The notes under the pieces: generated by a model
Databases searched by the model: none
The model's input: the letters and a program-made list of their open reading frames with translations, nothing else
Told to the model about the DNA's origin: nothing
Position numbers and translations under genes: made by a program
Shown: positions 14,301 to 28,430 of the stretch, in pieces
How positions within the stretch are numbered: position 1 is the stretch's first letter
How the letters are laid out: each line of letters begins with the position of its first letter
Source of the DNA: Lytechinus pictus
Lineage: Eukaryota
Assembly (NCBI RefSeq): GCF_037042905.1
Contig: NC_087251.1
Location: forward strand, 47,432,001 to 47,496,000
Length of the DNA stretch: 64,000 bases
Reading direction: 5' to 3'

Positions 14301-17300
14301 TGTGCCTAGCCGAAAGGCATTAATCAGCCAAAGACTCAACTTGGATCAAGAATTGAACTTTGCATGAGGAATCCTCGCTGCTAGGTCAGGGATGGCTCTT
14401 ACCTGGGGTCCAATGTCCTTGTTAAGTATGACTTGTAGGAGCTGAGGGGGTAGGATAGGAGGACCGGTGGTACGTTGCTGTAGTTCTTGACTGGGGATCT
14501 CCTGGTTGTAGTCACCCGGAGGGGACCCTGACATGTCCACTCCTGTAAGATTTAATATCAAAAGGTTCATTTGAATAACTGATAAGATGCCACTGTAATG
14601 GTTTATATTCACCTGGTATCCAATCAGTTGGTCTACTTCTCAAGTAGTTTTTACCACATGGGTTGAAGTCAGGTTTAAAGTCCACCCCAACAAAAAGTTG
14701 ATATGAATAAAAAGAGAAAAATCCAACAAGCATAACACTGAAAATTTCATCAAAATCGGATGTAAAATAAGATATGACATTTTAAAGTTTCGCTTGATTT
14801 CACAAAACAGTTATATGCACATCCCGGTCAGTATGCAAATGAGGGAATTGATGACATCATTCACTCACTATTTCTTTGTATCTAATTAAATGAAATATTC
14901 TAATTTTCTCCTCATTGTCCTGTGAAACAAAGTTTTATTTCTCCCTGAACATTTTATGATTCAGTCAAGTTGGTCCTCATTGTCAAATTTGCAAAAATTG
15001 AAATAATGTATAATTCGAACAATAAAAAACAAAAGAAATAGTGAGTGAGGGTCATCGATTCTCTCGTTTGCATATAACTATTTTGTGAAAAATAAGCGAA
15101 ACTTTAAAATGTCATAACTTTCTTATTTTACATCTGATTTTGATGAAATTTTCAGCATAAAGCTTGTCCTATTTTTCTTTTTTGATTCAAATCAACATTT
15201 TTCTGAGGTGGACTCGACCTTTAACTTAGACCATGGTCTCACTCTGTGCTAAAATTATGGGAGCAAAAAACTAAAAAATTCTGCTTTATTATTTCATTTT
15301 GTTTAATTTTGCTTTCATAATGAAGAAACTACTTCAGTTATCATTCCGAGACAGTTATAAATGATTTGAGAGTCATAAGAGTTAATAAATTGAACATGTA
15401 CTAATAGAGATTTGTGTCCCATTTGGCTCTCCATAGTTAAACTACAACTTTAAACCAGGGTTTAATATAAACCAGAGTTCAGAATACCGGCCATATAGTC
15501 TACTATCAATATGCTCTAAATACTGTTTGGTCTACTTTAAACTCGGTCTATATCTCAGTTGGTCTTATACCCAGTTGGTCGAATTTCCAATATTTTACTT
15601 TTTTTTTTTACTTTGTCAAATAAAACTTGATTCGTACACAATTCATCTAATCATGTAGATGTTAGATGAAATGAGTAGAGCCAAACTGGAAATTAGACAA
15701 AATGGTAAATGGGATAAATGATATCGATTGATCCAAATGGTTACTAGATGACCTAGTTGCGAAAAGATTAGATTAGACCCACGTTTAATAGATAAGAACA
15801 AATGGAAAGTAGAAAACAATTTATCACAGAAATAGGATTTCAAATATGAAAGTCAACTGTCAACTAATAATTCATCATGCACTTTTATTTTGGTTGCTTG
15901 CTAAAATAATCAATACCTACCCTTTTCCCTCGATGAATCTATGGCAAGAGCCTCAAATACTTCAAAGTCAGACTTAGAGACATTGATGAAATTGTTGACA
16001 GTACCAAATGTGTTGCTCTGTAGAGGCTGTTCATACAATCACAAAAAGAACAAATAAAATCATAACAAAGGCATCATATGAAATTCACTTTTTAAACTAG
16101 TCTGAGCACGAACCAAACTAATACCTAAATGTACTATATAGAGCAAGATCTTCAACATCCCTAATATGACAAGAAGCAGAAACGGATAACTAAATTCCAA
16201 TGCTAGACAAGGCTATCATAACTGGAATATTATCAAGAACCTGCTACACACAAAGATCCTTCAAAAGCTAAAAAGTTCTTTGACACACACAAAAAAACAC
16301 AGAATGAAATATAATTCAACCAATGCCACAGAGAAATTCTGCCCCAAAGCTGTAAAAATACTCTTTTTAATAATAAGCAGTCATAAATGTTGTGCAAATC
16401 ACATGCCATATATAGCTGATGAAAAAAGTGCTTTCACCTAAAGTGTAAAAAAAAACATTAAAAGTGACAGATATGCAGCAGTAACTTAGGAAGTGAGATG
16501 TCTATTTCAAGTTCAAAATATTGACGTTGACCACGAGTCAAAAAAAAAAAAAAATACCAAACAATTTTTTTTACAAGTATGTCAAAGGGCAAACGCAGAA
16601 AGCAATATGAGGCATTCACAGAGTACATAAATGTATATAAAATCATGATATGTAATTAAAGCCACTACACAAATCTTTTTTTTTCTTTGGATTAGCAATG
16701 ACAAGACATTTTGCCCTGTGCAGTTAGTATGATAGGTGTGACTAGTACATGTAGTACATGAACTAGGAGTATACAATGACAGCCAAAACCATTTCAGACA
16801 TGATACGGAAATTACCTCACAAAAATGTGCGATGGTGAAACTTGACATAACATAGGCAATATTAGGTGGTAGTGATGGGGGGGGGGGTAGGTTGTTATGT
16901 GCAACAATAGCCCTGTGTATACTGATCCGTGTATCTTCCCAAACAAGGGTGGCGGTTCGATGTTTTAATAGAGGGGGGGGGGTAAGACGACCTTGAAAGT
17001 GACATCACATTCTTTTCCCAGTCGACCCAAAAGGGTAATTTGTTTTTATTCTCTTCATCCTTCCTTTTTCAAAATTTTCTTCTTTTCCTCCTCTTTCTTT
17101 TTCACTACTTGAAAAAAATCATAATCGAGTGGTCATCAGGGAAAAAATTACACAGGGGCTCCAAAAGAGGCCTGAAAAATGAAAAAACAAGTCCCCCAAA
17201 AGCCCCATTGACTGAATTGTAAAAGCTATCCAATGTTGCGGATTTTGGGACTAGATTGTGAAGAATAGCCCCCGAAAATAATGAAAGAAAAATTGCCTGG

Positions 17301-20300
17301 TGGACACCCCCTGCCCCCCTGTGGCACCGCCCCCTTTTCACACAGAAAAGTTAAGCATGAGTGTCTTTCTTTAAAGCCGTGCCTTGGCGATTCTTGGGAA
17401 GCAGTTTCCTGTCTCATGTCTAAATGGGACAAACAAAAACTTTTTGAGACTCTGGATGAACATCGCCAACTTACTTCTTCGGACTCGGGTGAGGTTCGCA
17501 TCTTCCAGAAGTGAAGAAGAGTGCATGAGAATCATAAAAAGCAAGATCCTTGTGAAGGAAAATGCACTCAAAATGCTAGCTGGAGGTGTGTGTGGATCAT
17601 TAAGATCATATTATATCCCTTTCTTTAAAAAAAAAATTCTACCCTACCTTTTTAAGTGGTATAAACTATCCAGAGTGCACAATTATTAGTAATCACTTAC
17701 CCATGCTCACTAAATTGTGTCTACAGGGATACACCTCTACACCCATTATAAAACTTGTTCATTATAATTACAAGAGACAAAAGGAAATGGAGATTCATCA
17801 TTATTTACAAAACAAAATAATACAATTCAATTGATTACAGGAGTGACGTATGCAAAATCATAAGAAAATTTTCATATTCAGCCTAATGAAAAAAAATAAA
17901 ATTGCTTCCATGAACAATCGAGCCTGGGGGTATATACAGAACCTGAAGCTGAAGAAGTCTGAAGGCACAGACCTTTGTTAGTCAAGATTGAGCATTGTCG
18001 GAGGTTTTTTTAAAACCTTAACCTTGTCTCAAAATTTATCAAGTTTGAAGACAGCTTAAGAGCTCTGCTATGAAGTTATGACAAAAGTAGCAGCTTTATT
18101 TTGCATAGAAAAAGCTCTTACAAGAATTTCAAGACTGTTTTCAAACAAAATGAGTTTGCAACCCTGCTAGTTTTTATATATTATATATAGTTTATATATA
18201 GTTTTTACGATCTTTCAAGAAATTGTTTTATTTTGAAAAACAATGTTTCGACAGCCCAACGATGATGCACAACTCAGGGTCGGATATGTTGCAAGATTTC
18301 AAGACTAAATTGTACTTGCTTCTGCCAACACTTGACAGCCCAGAGATTCCTTGATGATCAAGGACTTCCTAGATTTTTTTAAATAAAGAGTTGAATGAAG
18401 GATCTATACCAAGTCTGTGCCTAAAGACTATAAGCTTGAAGCGTGATAGCAACAATACTCTCAGCCCCAGAGATTCTATAATGTATGACCTTGACCAATT
18501 AGTTTCTGGCTTACCTGTCGTGGGTTGTGGATCCACTGACCGTCTACAAAGAACTTATATTCATGCTGACCCTCAGGAAGATTAACAATAGCTGTGAAGT
18601 CACCATGACTGAAATAAAGAGAAGACAGAGGATTTGCTTTGTTAAAGTTAGTCTGCAAGTACAGACTGTCAATCATATTTAATAATAATAATAATCCGCT
18701 TTTATATAGCGCTTAATACATCAGAGCGACGTCTATAAGCACTTTACAGATATTACCCCAATCATCGGATCCCGACATGCCCTCATACAACGTATGCACT
18801 TTCTCCACTCCCTGGGTAGCATTCTAACAAGAGTTCAAGACTCAATTGGAAGAGGAATACTACATATGCTTTCACACTCTACCAGGTACCCATTTAGCAC
18901 CTGGGTGGAGAGTGGCAAAGTCTGGATTGATGCCATGCCAAAGGCGTTAGGCCATAGTGGGATTCTAACACACGACCCTCTTATTACAAGGCGAGAGCCA
19001 GAACCACTACACCACGATGCTTCCACTTTGACACTTTAGACAATATATATACAATCTCTAGAATGGAGTGAACTCTCTGTCTGTGTAGAGTAGAGCCAGC
19101 CATAGTACATAGTGAATCTAGTCTCACTAATTCAGACTCTGCATAATGCACTATGCAAATTGCGAAAACAAGGGTCTGTGCCTGGAGACTAGGTTAAGGT
19201 TGCTCCAAATCCAAATAAATAGTACTACTTTGTATAAAACAGTTCCTTTTTTATTCAATTACAAAAATAGCTTTTTCCATTGAATTTCATAATTGTTATA
19301 AAGCTACTAAATAAGTCCATACATGTGTGCGCTTTTACAGAGAGAGGCAGTAAGGGAAAGAAAACTACTAACATTTTAAACAAACATTTACCTAGGTACA
19401 GATGAATAACATACATAAAAGTTATTTTTATTTAGTAATGATTAAGAAACAATATAAAAGTAAAGTACAGGTTGTGTGGTACAATGATTGATAAAAATCA
19501 CCCCAGAGTATTGGGTTCTTGGGGACGGGGGGGGGGGGGGGGGGGCAACGTTGGACAGTTCCTCATTCCTCTTTTAATCACAAACATGGACAGGCTTCAA
19601 GTTAATCACACATATAAAATATTGCACATTCTGGTAAACAGGAAGGATTCTCATATTTACCATTTGCATACCAAAAAAAATAGAATCACATCCCCCCCCA
19701 CACACAAAAGCTACTGATGCTCTTATTACAAATCTATGAAGCAGCAGTATCCAGTATACAAGTGGCATATCTCATTTATTAGAGAGAGTTTTTTTTAATA
19801 TGTTATAAAAATACTCTAGAATTGTCAATGTTGAATATTCTAGCATTTACACATTTCTGAGGCCCTTTATTTTGTATCATAGGACTTAAAATGATGTCCA
19901 CAGAGCATCTGCTACTAAATGCAGAACATATTCCATTCATTGACCCATTCTACCATTAAGATATATGTATCTAACAGTGCGGACTATTAAACTTTAATAC
20001 AGATTCAATGACGCTCATTAGTGCTAATACACCACTCCTCACACTAGGCATGCACACCGCACTGTTGCTGCAGATGAAACTTTGACCTTTTGTGAATGCA
20101 GGGTAGATAATCATAAATGAGAAAATGATCCACACCACAGATTACATTCAGTCTGAGCTGAATAGAGGGCCTTTGTTTGAACTAGACGTGTCAGCCTCAT
20201 CATCGGGTCGGTGTTTACATTTCAAATATGAACTGTTTGGATTAAGCTTTTGATTTCACCATACACAGGGAATGGTTGTAGACTGTACATGTGTAGATGT

Positions 20301-22753
20301 ACCAAGATGTACCTGCAGTTGTACAGTAGACTTACATAGAAACTGTCCTACGAGTCATTCATATTGCTTGATTCCTTCTCTATTCAATGATATCAAAATC
20401 AAGACCCCCAAAAAGGAATGTTTACTAAAGGTGATGAATGAGTAGTAATAAGCACTATCAACATAAATTCTTGAAGGAATATTATAAGTCCTAATTTCAT
20501 CCATATATGTGTATGTTATATTTCATTACTATGATTATGTCCCTTCTTTCTTGTTTCTTGCATATTATGCTGTGCACTGAGTGATAATTGATCAGAAAGA
20601 GCACAATGAAAATATTACTTATCGTTGATATTGTTGCTGTTTTTAACACAACTGTTGTGGTTTTTATTATCAATACCATTAAATCTAGTAGAGAAACCTT
20701 CACAATAATTAATAATGACTGAAAAAAAAAAACATTTATTTTTGATAAGCGAAACTTGTAAAAGCCCACCTCTTGATCATAGGAATCTTGGTGTTCCAGT
20801 TATTAAATGATCCAGCTACAGCAACGGACTTGCCTCCTCCTTCCCAACGAAACACCACAGGCAGCGCATTGGGATCCACGTAAGGCTGCTCTAACAGGGT
20901 TGCTGTGCGAGGCCGGCCATCGGGACCATCATCGCGCATCAATTCCTAACAATAGAAACATGAGAGATTTATAAACAAAATGTACAGAAACAAAACAAAA
21001 CAAAATCAAGGGATTCGAATCTCCAGACCACGCAGACTTTTCTCTTAATCTTGAGTAATACTATGACGCATGTTTGTTTTAAATACACTGATATTCAATA
21101 TGCTTGCTTGCATGAAAATTTAGTGGGAAAATTACACATTTTGTCAAAATCTGCATAAGTAACAAAATCAACATTCATGTATTTGATTGATTTCCCTTTT
21201 TTTTTAAATATGTTTTTTGGGGGGCATTTTCCTGCTTCCATGGAAATATACTATTAATGTCCATTAACATCAAGCAAAATCTAAACATGCTAGCTTTAAA
21301 AAAAAAGTCTCACATGTTCATTGTGATGACTCAGTGATTACATATAGCTTTTATTATTCACATTCAATTTTTCAAACAAAAAAAGTGTCCATGTGATTGT
21401 ATGTTGAGAGCATTCATGGATGTAAACAGGAACAAAAATCTCACACATTCTCAAGAGTAAGAAAAACCCTGATCCTTACCTTGAATTGAACCAAGGGCAT
21501 GACATAAAACTGAGATGCCAAAGGTTGTTTATGAGCATACATAAATTTTGAGCTTATAATATTTTCATTTCTCTATGACTGACAACTTGGTTGACTGCCA
21601 GGGTTTTATAATTTTGTAAAAACCTGCCTTTGTCGAGTTGAAAAGCAAACTACATGTACATGTATTTCAAATCCACTACAAATAATATGAAACTTTGCAT
21701 TACAAGAAAAAAAATACCCCCCCCCCCCCCCGCAGCAACGAATAACAAAACTAAGCGAATCCACTAAATTCAACATAAGTGAAGGTATAAAGACAATTTT
21801 AAAGGGGAATGGCAATGACCACAACTCAAATTCAAATGTTATTTATTTACTATGTCTAGGTGGGTTGACAAGGGAGCAATAAGAACCTACCCTTCCCCCC
21901 TCAAGTTCACCATAGCGGGAGGGGGGGGGGGATGGGGTACAGCACATTCTAATCAATCTATTGACTGTTCTTGGTGTTGAGATTGATGTGCACTTACTTA
22001 AATGCAGCTGGTACCATACTTACTTCTGGACACACTACACAAGCTTCCTGACAACTGTTTGTGAATCAATCACATATAATACGCAGGAATGTATTTCTGT
22101 GCTTTGCACCACAAACGGAGGACCCCTAAAGGGGAACGGATCAATAGGCTGCGTTGGGTTACATGAGACTCACGCTCGCCCTGAATCTACCTAGAGGCAG
22201 ATCTATACTGTCATCTGGTGAGTTGAATAATGGGGATCTTGCCCAGACCTCCCTACCTTTCTGCTTGAAAAATATGATTTTTTTCTCAAAAAAGGAAAGA
22301 AAATTATCAATAAGAAATAGGAAAATCCTGGTTAAACATGAGGTTGAGCGGTACAGGAGTGGTTAAAGGAAGCTCACCCTGAATCTACCTGGAGGCAGAT
22401 CGATACTGTCATCTAGAGATCTCTACTGGATGCAAAGACCTTCCAACCTTTCTTATTAAATATAAGGATTTTGCTTAAAAATGGGAAAGAAATTTAATTC
22501 CCCAGTGGAACACACAGTTAAACTATCGACACAAATTGGGAAATCGTATCTAAACAAGAACTTGAGTGGTACAAGAGTGGTTATAGAGGAGACTCACCCT
22601 GAATCTACCTGGAGGCATATCGATACTGTCATCCAGAGATTGCTGCTGGATGATGGGTATCTTGCCTGTCTTGAAATCAAAAGATGTGGACTCCTTGGTA
22701 GGAGACAGAGACGAGCCATCCTTACCGTCCTTCTTCGCTGCTGCGTTGCCCAT
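11263..22753 (-). CDS. PRKAB: 5'-AMP-activated protein kinase beta subunit, complete CDS, 7 coding exons, 273 aa
   Basis: Exons 22753-22598, 20945-20770, 18608-18515, 16026-15921, 14542-14403, 12807-12739 and 11343-11263 join in frame with GT-AG introns (phases 0,2,0,1,0,0). The protein has an N-terminal MGN myristoylation-type start, a CBM48 (FRWEGGGKSVAVAGSFNNW...YKFFVDGQW...FGTVNN), SGSPPG, PPILPPQLLQVILNKD, EPALLPEPNHVMLNHLYALSIKDGVMVLSATHRYRKKYVTSLLYKP. Confidence 0.96.
12739..12807 (-). CDS. PRKAB: AMPK beta coding exon 6
   Basis: YEPALLPEPNHVMLNHLYALSIK; TTTTCAG| acceptor, AAA|GTAAGT donor. Confidence 0.95.
14403..14542 (-). CDS. PRKAB: AMPK beta coding exon 5
   Basis: VDMSGSPPGDYNQEIPSQELQQRTTGPPILPPQLLQVILNKDIGPQ; TTACAG| acceptor, CAG|GTAAG donor. 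Confidence 0.95.
14674..15224. mobile_element. Palindromic MITE family with TTAA-type ends; further copies at ~24590-25940 (interrupted) and 33468-34073
   Basis: Shared CCACCCCA...GCATAAC.CTGAAAATTTCATCAAAATCGGAT arms and their inverse. Confidence 0.75.
15921..16026 (-). CDS. PRKAB: AMPK beta coding exon 4
   Basis: PLQSNTFGTVNNFINVSKSDFEVFEALAIDSSREK(G); phase 0 to phase 1. Confidence 0.93.
18515..18608 (-). CDS. PRKAB: AMPK beta coding exon 3 (second half of CBM48, 94 nt)
   Basis: HGDFTAIVNLPEGQHEYKFFVDGQWIHNPRQ; TTTCAG| acceptor, CAG|GTAAG donor. Confidence 0.95.
18678..19026 (-). mobile_element. tRNA-derived SINE
   Basis: Head TGGTGTAGTGG...GTTAGAATCC; core CTCTCCACCCAGGTGCTAAATGGGTACC; tail AAGCGCTATATAAAAGCGG(ATT)n. 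Confidence 0.8.
20770..20945 (-). CDS. PRKAB: AMPK beta coding exon 2 (first half of CBM48)
   Basis: ELMRDDGPDGRPRTATLLEQPYVDPNALPVVFRWEGGGKSVAVAGSFNNWNTKIPMIK(S); TTAG| acceptor, AG|GTGGGC donor. Confidence 0.95.
22174..22260 (-). other. Candidate 87-nt in-frame cassette exon derived from a partial duplicate of AMPK beta coding exon 1
   Basis: TTTTTCAAGCAG| KGREVWARSPLFNSPDDSIDLPLGRFRAS |GTGAGT; phase 0-0 with no stop. Confidence 0.45.
22378..22451 (-). other. Second partial duplicate of AMPK beta coding exon 1 (45-nt in-frame or 74-nt frameshifting pseudo-exon)
   Basis: Encodes RSLDDSIDLPPGRFR followed by |GTGAGC; possible acceptors at CAGTAG| (22422) or TAAG| (22451). Confidence 0.4.
22598..22753 (-). 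CDS. PRKAB: AMPK beta coding exon 1 (MGNAAAKKDG...SLDDSIDMPPGRFR); the exon starts at acceptor 22774 with 21 nt of 5'UTR
   Basis: ATG at 22753; donor AGG|GTGAGT; upstream acceptor TTTTTTGCTTTGACGCAG|. Confidence 0.9.
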
Positions 22754-24766
22754 CTTCTTGAAGATTTATTCAGCCTGCGTCAAAGCAAAAAATACAGAAT
22801 GAGCATTTCATCAACAGTTATAACCTGGCAAATTGTCGATTCTGACAACTTTCCTTGATATTGATTGGCTGAGATGCAAAGTTCCTCAGGTCAGATTAAT
22901 ACTGTTGGATAGATCATCCAAAAAGTCATACTCCCCAAATCTCTCACTTACATGAAGGGAACTTGACTACACTTGGAGGTTTTGATTAGATTGATATTTT
23001 TTTTCATGTTTTTAACAGTCATTATCTTTTTCATTTTGATTTTATAAATGTTTTTAAAATGTTCATTATCTTTTTCATTTTGTAGCATCTGATGCTAAGA
23101 TTTAATCAATTAAATTTACATAATCAAAGAAGAAAAATTGAATGAGTGATATAAAACTTCCATCTTCACATAATCAATTTTTCTGTTTTATGTCCAGATG
23201 CAATCGTTGATTGATATTAAAGATTCAAGCAGGACTTTCATTTCCAAACTTTTAAATAATTAGAGCATCTTAATAAACATGTACATGTATCAATATTGGG
23301 CTCAGGTCGCCATAAAATAAACAACTTGAACTTTGACAAATAGAGTACATGTTTATATAGTAAACTTAATTGTTTTACAAATAATTGGTATGGGATGGTC
23401 CGTCATTCCAATTAGAGTTCCTTTCAAATTATCAAAGAAAGATGAATCATAATCACACCAAGTACTTTCAAATGAGCTAATTTCAGCTAATATGAAAATA
23501 TTTGATCTGAATGAACTAATATCAACTAACAATTTAGAATTTACAAAAGCAAACGAAGAAAATAGGCCTGCATGTACAATAATGCAGACCAATTTTTGAG
23601 ATGTCAATATCATAAAATAATTTTATACAAATGTAATCACATGTCCATAGGAGGATCATAAATCATTGACCGACAATGCACCAACTGAAACACTGTACCT
23701 GCAGATGGATTTTGCATGGACACCAGATTGTATGTAAAACACTTTGCAATGCACTTGCAGGAAAAAAAATTGAAATGGTGAAGAGATAGTGGCATCATTA
23801 TGTATATGCCTAGCTACTCTGGAGAGCACTTAGGAGAAGGCTCTAAAGGGGGAGCAGTAGGTATCTCTGAGAAAAGGTGCTTTCAGACCGATTAAAAAAA
23901 GGAGAATACCAGGTTGTACAGGTCAGGTCTACATAAATACCAGGTATTAAATAATTTTTGCAAGTGTGATCATGATCAGCATATTTGTGATATTCTTAGA
24001 CAAAAATACCCGCTAATCAGTGGGTACTTTTTTAAATGACAAGAACTTTTGCATTGATTTTTCCACGGTTGCAGGTATTCTTGCAGTGTGAAAGCAATTT
24101 ACAAGAACTTTCCCAATGCTGGCATTGCAGGTCTGGTTCTGGTGGGTACGAATGCAGGAAATACTGGGTATTTTGGGACCTGAACAAGTTCTTGTAAATT
24201 TTGATCAAGTTGGTCTGAGTTCACCCTAAGACATCCCAAAACAGCAGCTGCTGTGAGCTGACATAATCCCCTGACTGAACCGATAAACCTCAAATATCTA
24301 GTTGAATACACAAACCATACATCCCAAGGAAAAATATAAGAGTTGAAAGATTATAGATCTGCGAATGTTTTTTTTTTTAAAGTCTTTCTTGATTGTAAAA
24401 TTGTAGAAAAGATGAGGAACATTGGCAATTACTTAATATATACATGTATAGGACCCCTTGTTTTTTTTAGGGCCATTATGCATGTATTTTTCTGCTTGTA
24501 CTGTTTATACAAATAGCACGGCCTAAATTAATACAAGGCCATGGCCACCCATGCCCTCAAAATCTGTCTTGATGGCCTTATGTACACTCATTTCATATTT
24601 CATATAATAAAATACAAAAGAAATAGTGAGTGTATGACGTCATCAGTCTCCTCATTTGCATACCAACCAGGATGTGCATACAACTGTTTTGTTTTGTGCC
24701 AAAGTTTAAAATGTCATAACTATATTATTTTACATCCAATTTTGAAGAAATTTTCAGTGTTATGCT

Positions 24767-25641
24767 TAGGCCCGGGACTTTTGGGTATTTTTGTGTTCGG
24801 GTACCCGCAGTATTTTTCGGGCGGGTACCTGAAAATCATGTCGCATGAAAAAGACTGGTGGAACAACCCCCATAACACAGAGGCATCTAGGTAACGTCAT
24901 CCAGTCACTGCCGCAAGCCAATTTATGAATGAAAATATAGTAAGCATGCGCAGTGCAACCCTCCCGTACCCCACACAATATTCCATCAAAACAAGTCTGC
25001 AATACTCTATAACCTCATACCAAAATCAACCTAGATTTCCACTTTCCTATTTTTTATATGAATTATGAAAGGTTTTCTCGGAGGATCGTTTTCTCACTGA
25101 TATCACACAGGTACAATGTAAGCAAATTTTGATTACTTCTTGCTTTTCCGTCAAAATCTTACGAAGTAGCGTCGTATTGCATCGTGTTCGTGAGTTTGTA
25201 GAATCTATAGCTACATGTACGTGCACAAAGTCAATTGATTTCCGTGTTTCGGAGCGTCGAATGCGCCAGCCAATCATGATCATGTTACCATTTTTCGGTT
25301 AATGATGAACTGAAAATGGTATCATGAATGTGATTGGCTGGTGCTTTGTATGCTCAAGCTGCAAAAGAAACATGGCGACGATTGAACGATCTCAGTCATA
25401 ACTTGAGAAACTTGTTGATTTATAGATATTCCATGGGTAATTGGTGAGATTCAAAATGAGACTTCTGTACTTTTGTGATGAGTTATAATCATATCGTACA
25501 CTATGCAATACAAATCATATACATACATGTACATTTAAGTTATATTGGTAAGCAATTTCGGGTATCGAGTATTGATTTTTCTACCCGGGTACCCAAGGTT
25601 TTGGGCAGGACCCAGGTACCCGGGCTTTAGTCTCAGCCCTA
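24767..25641. mobile_element. DNA-transposon-like element with GGGTACCCG subterminal motifs, nested in a MITE
   Basis: TAGG... CCCTA ends; the host MITE sequence (GTTATGCTT|GTTGGATTTTTCTC) resumes after it. Confidence 0.55.
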
Positions 25642-28213
25642 CTGTAGTTATGCTTGTTGGATTTTTCTCTTTTTATTCAAATCAACTTTTTGCTGTGGAC
25701 TTGTCCTTTAAAGGTCAAGTCCACCCCAGAAAAATACAAAAGAAATACAAGTAGTCAGTGTGTGATGTCATCAGTCTCCTCATTTGCATACCAACCCAGA
25801 TAGCTGTTTTGTGAAATTAGGCAAAACTTTACAATACCAAACTTTCTTATAAATTTTTACATCTGATTTTGTGCTTACATGTACATGTATGCTTGTTACA
25901 TGTAGATACATTTTGTTGTTAGGTTGGACGTGTTCCTTTTAAGTGCCCTTTTTACCCCTTTAAATTCTTAATTTGAGCCCTGTAAAAATAACACTTAGTA
26001 ACACTGTAAGAAAGATGACTGAACTAAGTTCATCTGTGGGTGTAAGTCTATTTGTTTACAGGCTAAGGTACACAAGTTCAATTTAAATACAATTTTTTCT
26101 ACATGTACATGTAGGCTACAGTGTACATGTACAGTAAGTCCTTTGAAAAAAAAAATGACTTAGAGCCTACTATAGTCAGTGTGTATTATATTATTCACTA
26201 AATATTATTTTCTACATGTATGGGCTTTATAGAGTGATACGATTTTCAATTGATCCAGTATTCAATGACTACAATAAGTGGAATCCAGTGTGCATACATA
26301 CATATGATTGCATTACATTGTATTCTACCTCACAGCTTTCACAAGTACTTCAAAACAAAAGAAACCTACATAGTAGTTTGATAAGGACACCATGAGAATG
26401 AATATCTCCATTAATTTTTCCCATAGTAAATATTCTTGATCTGTTATGCAGTTCTTTTTTTTTTTGGGGGGGGGGGTAATGAATGATTCATTTTATTTCA
26501 TGTACATGACTTGTAAAATACATTTTCCATGTATTGTACTCAACCTACAGTATGCATATCTAACCCATTATAGTGCATTGACTACTTGCATTAACAAAAT
26601 ATACATTGGGGAGAACATAAAAACACTATGTTACATTATATTGTTAGCAAATGAAATTCTGAATGGAATACAACTCGGCAGGATAGCATTTATTGCTAAA
26701 ATGAATGAAAACAAAGTCGTTGCAAGCAATAATTGCTCTAAAGACCTACTTGACTACAAGGACAATAGAATATGAAAGAGTCAATAATATACATCATAAA
26801 TGAATATTTGTATCTGATCTGAGCCTGAGGGTGCTGCACTCTTTTTTTACTGAAAAAAAAATACATTTAATTGAAGTTAAGTTGTTAACACATAATTATG
26901 TGTCAGGAAGATACTCAAAGACATTTGTACCACTTGAACCATGTTAAATATTTATCGCCATTTTTCAGACATGATATAGAATGATACTTGGCAGTTGTGT
27001 AAAATATGGAGTGACAAACAGGAATGATGCAATATAAAATGATGGCTGGTTATATTATGGATTATCAAAGTTGATTTTCAGTAATATTATGATCTACATG
27101 TAGGTATGATATCATAGCTCATTTATTTCCATGTCGTCAAATTATTATTCTTCAGTTTGTCAAATAAGATGATAGCCTTACTGGACTAACTGGAAATTAG
27201 ACAAAGGGGTAAATAGGCTAAATGGCGATGAGTCTAAATGGTTAGTAGACGAACAGAACTGCAAAACAATGTGAGATGAGATCAAAATGACAAGTAAACA
27301 AAGTGGGTGTAGACCAATCGGCACTTTACTTATGAATCAACTTTAGTTTCTGTTTCTTTTTCTATCTCTCCCTTCACCATCTCCAATTCTTCTTTCACCT
27401 TTCTCTCTCAAAATGTTGCTTTCTCTATCTCTCTCTCTCCTGATCGCTCACTCCGCCCTTTCGCCTCATTCACATTATTTCATTCCGATATTTCTTCTTT
27501 GATGTATATTCAGGGCCTACATGTATGTGTCGTCTGCAAGCACATACTCATATTTGACACTTTAATCAATAAAAGGTCTAGAGTACAGACTACACATACA
27601 TGTAGACGCCAAAGGCTCTGTCTGTGTCATAGTGAATCTAGTCTCACTAATTCAGACTTTGCATTATGCACTATGCAAATTGCGGAAACTAGGGGTCTGT
27701 GTCTGCAGACTAGCCTATGTGTACAAGCTTTGCTTTTTTTTTTAAGGTCCTTCCACTTAGAAGTATAGTATAGTATTCTATTTCTCACTTTTTGTTTCCT
27801 ATATTTAACCATTAGTGTACAACCATAATTTGACAATGTTTTCCATTGTCTTGCAAAAGTGGTAAATAAACTGAACTGAATTAATTAACTGAACTCTACC
27901 TTAGTCATTGGGACTATAGAATATCTGTCTGACATAGAAAAGACACAATTTTTTTTTAATAATCTGGTCTAAAATTTGCTTCAACTTTATAGCTGAAATA
28001 TTTTACTTGATATGGAAGATTTACTTACAAAGTTACCTGACCTGGTGGGTGTTTAAGAAAAAAGTTTTTAAGTTATGAATGGCTTTATGCATGACTGGTA
28101 ACCCTTTCTTGTGATACATGATATATTTCTATGTAGCTTAGTATCTAAGAACATGTTCCAGTCGTGATTAAGACAATGCGTAACTTTACAGACAGCTTTA
28201 AGAAACTCAAAAC

Positions 28214-28430
28214 CGGGGGTGTTTCACAAAGATTGAATTATAACTTAGAATCGCAATTAAATGCCGACGCATAAATGATATGCAACACGCAATCTTATTG
28301 ATCAATACGCAGTAGTGCGCATCCTCTCTTGGCATGATCTGACCAATGCTGCGATGCCTTTCATACTGCACGCAACTAGACATTTAAGTGCGACTCTAAG
28401 TCATACTTAAATCTTTGTTAAACACCCCCC
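28214..28430. mobile_element. Small MITE
   Basis: GGGGGTGTTTCACAAAGATT ... AATCTTTGTTAAACACCCCC. Confidence 0.65.

Noticed and set aside
16400..16470. Strong minus-strand acceptor TTTTTTTTTACACTTTAG|GTGAAA (possible recursive site or alternative terminal exon VKALFSSAIYGM*)
   Set aside because: The intron is short, the donor part is weak, and such motifs arise by chance in T-rich introns.
17281..17689. Overlapping short ORFs with protein-like composition in an AMPK beta intron
   Set aside because: No recognisable motif or consistent splice sites; may be a decayed transposon fragment. A BLASTX search would settle it.
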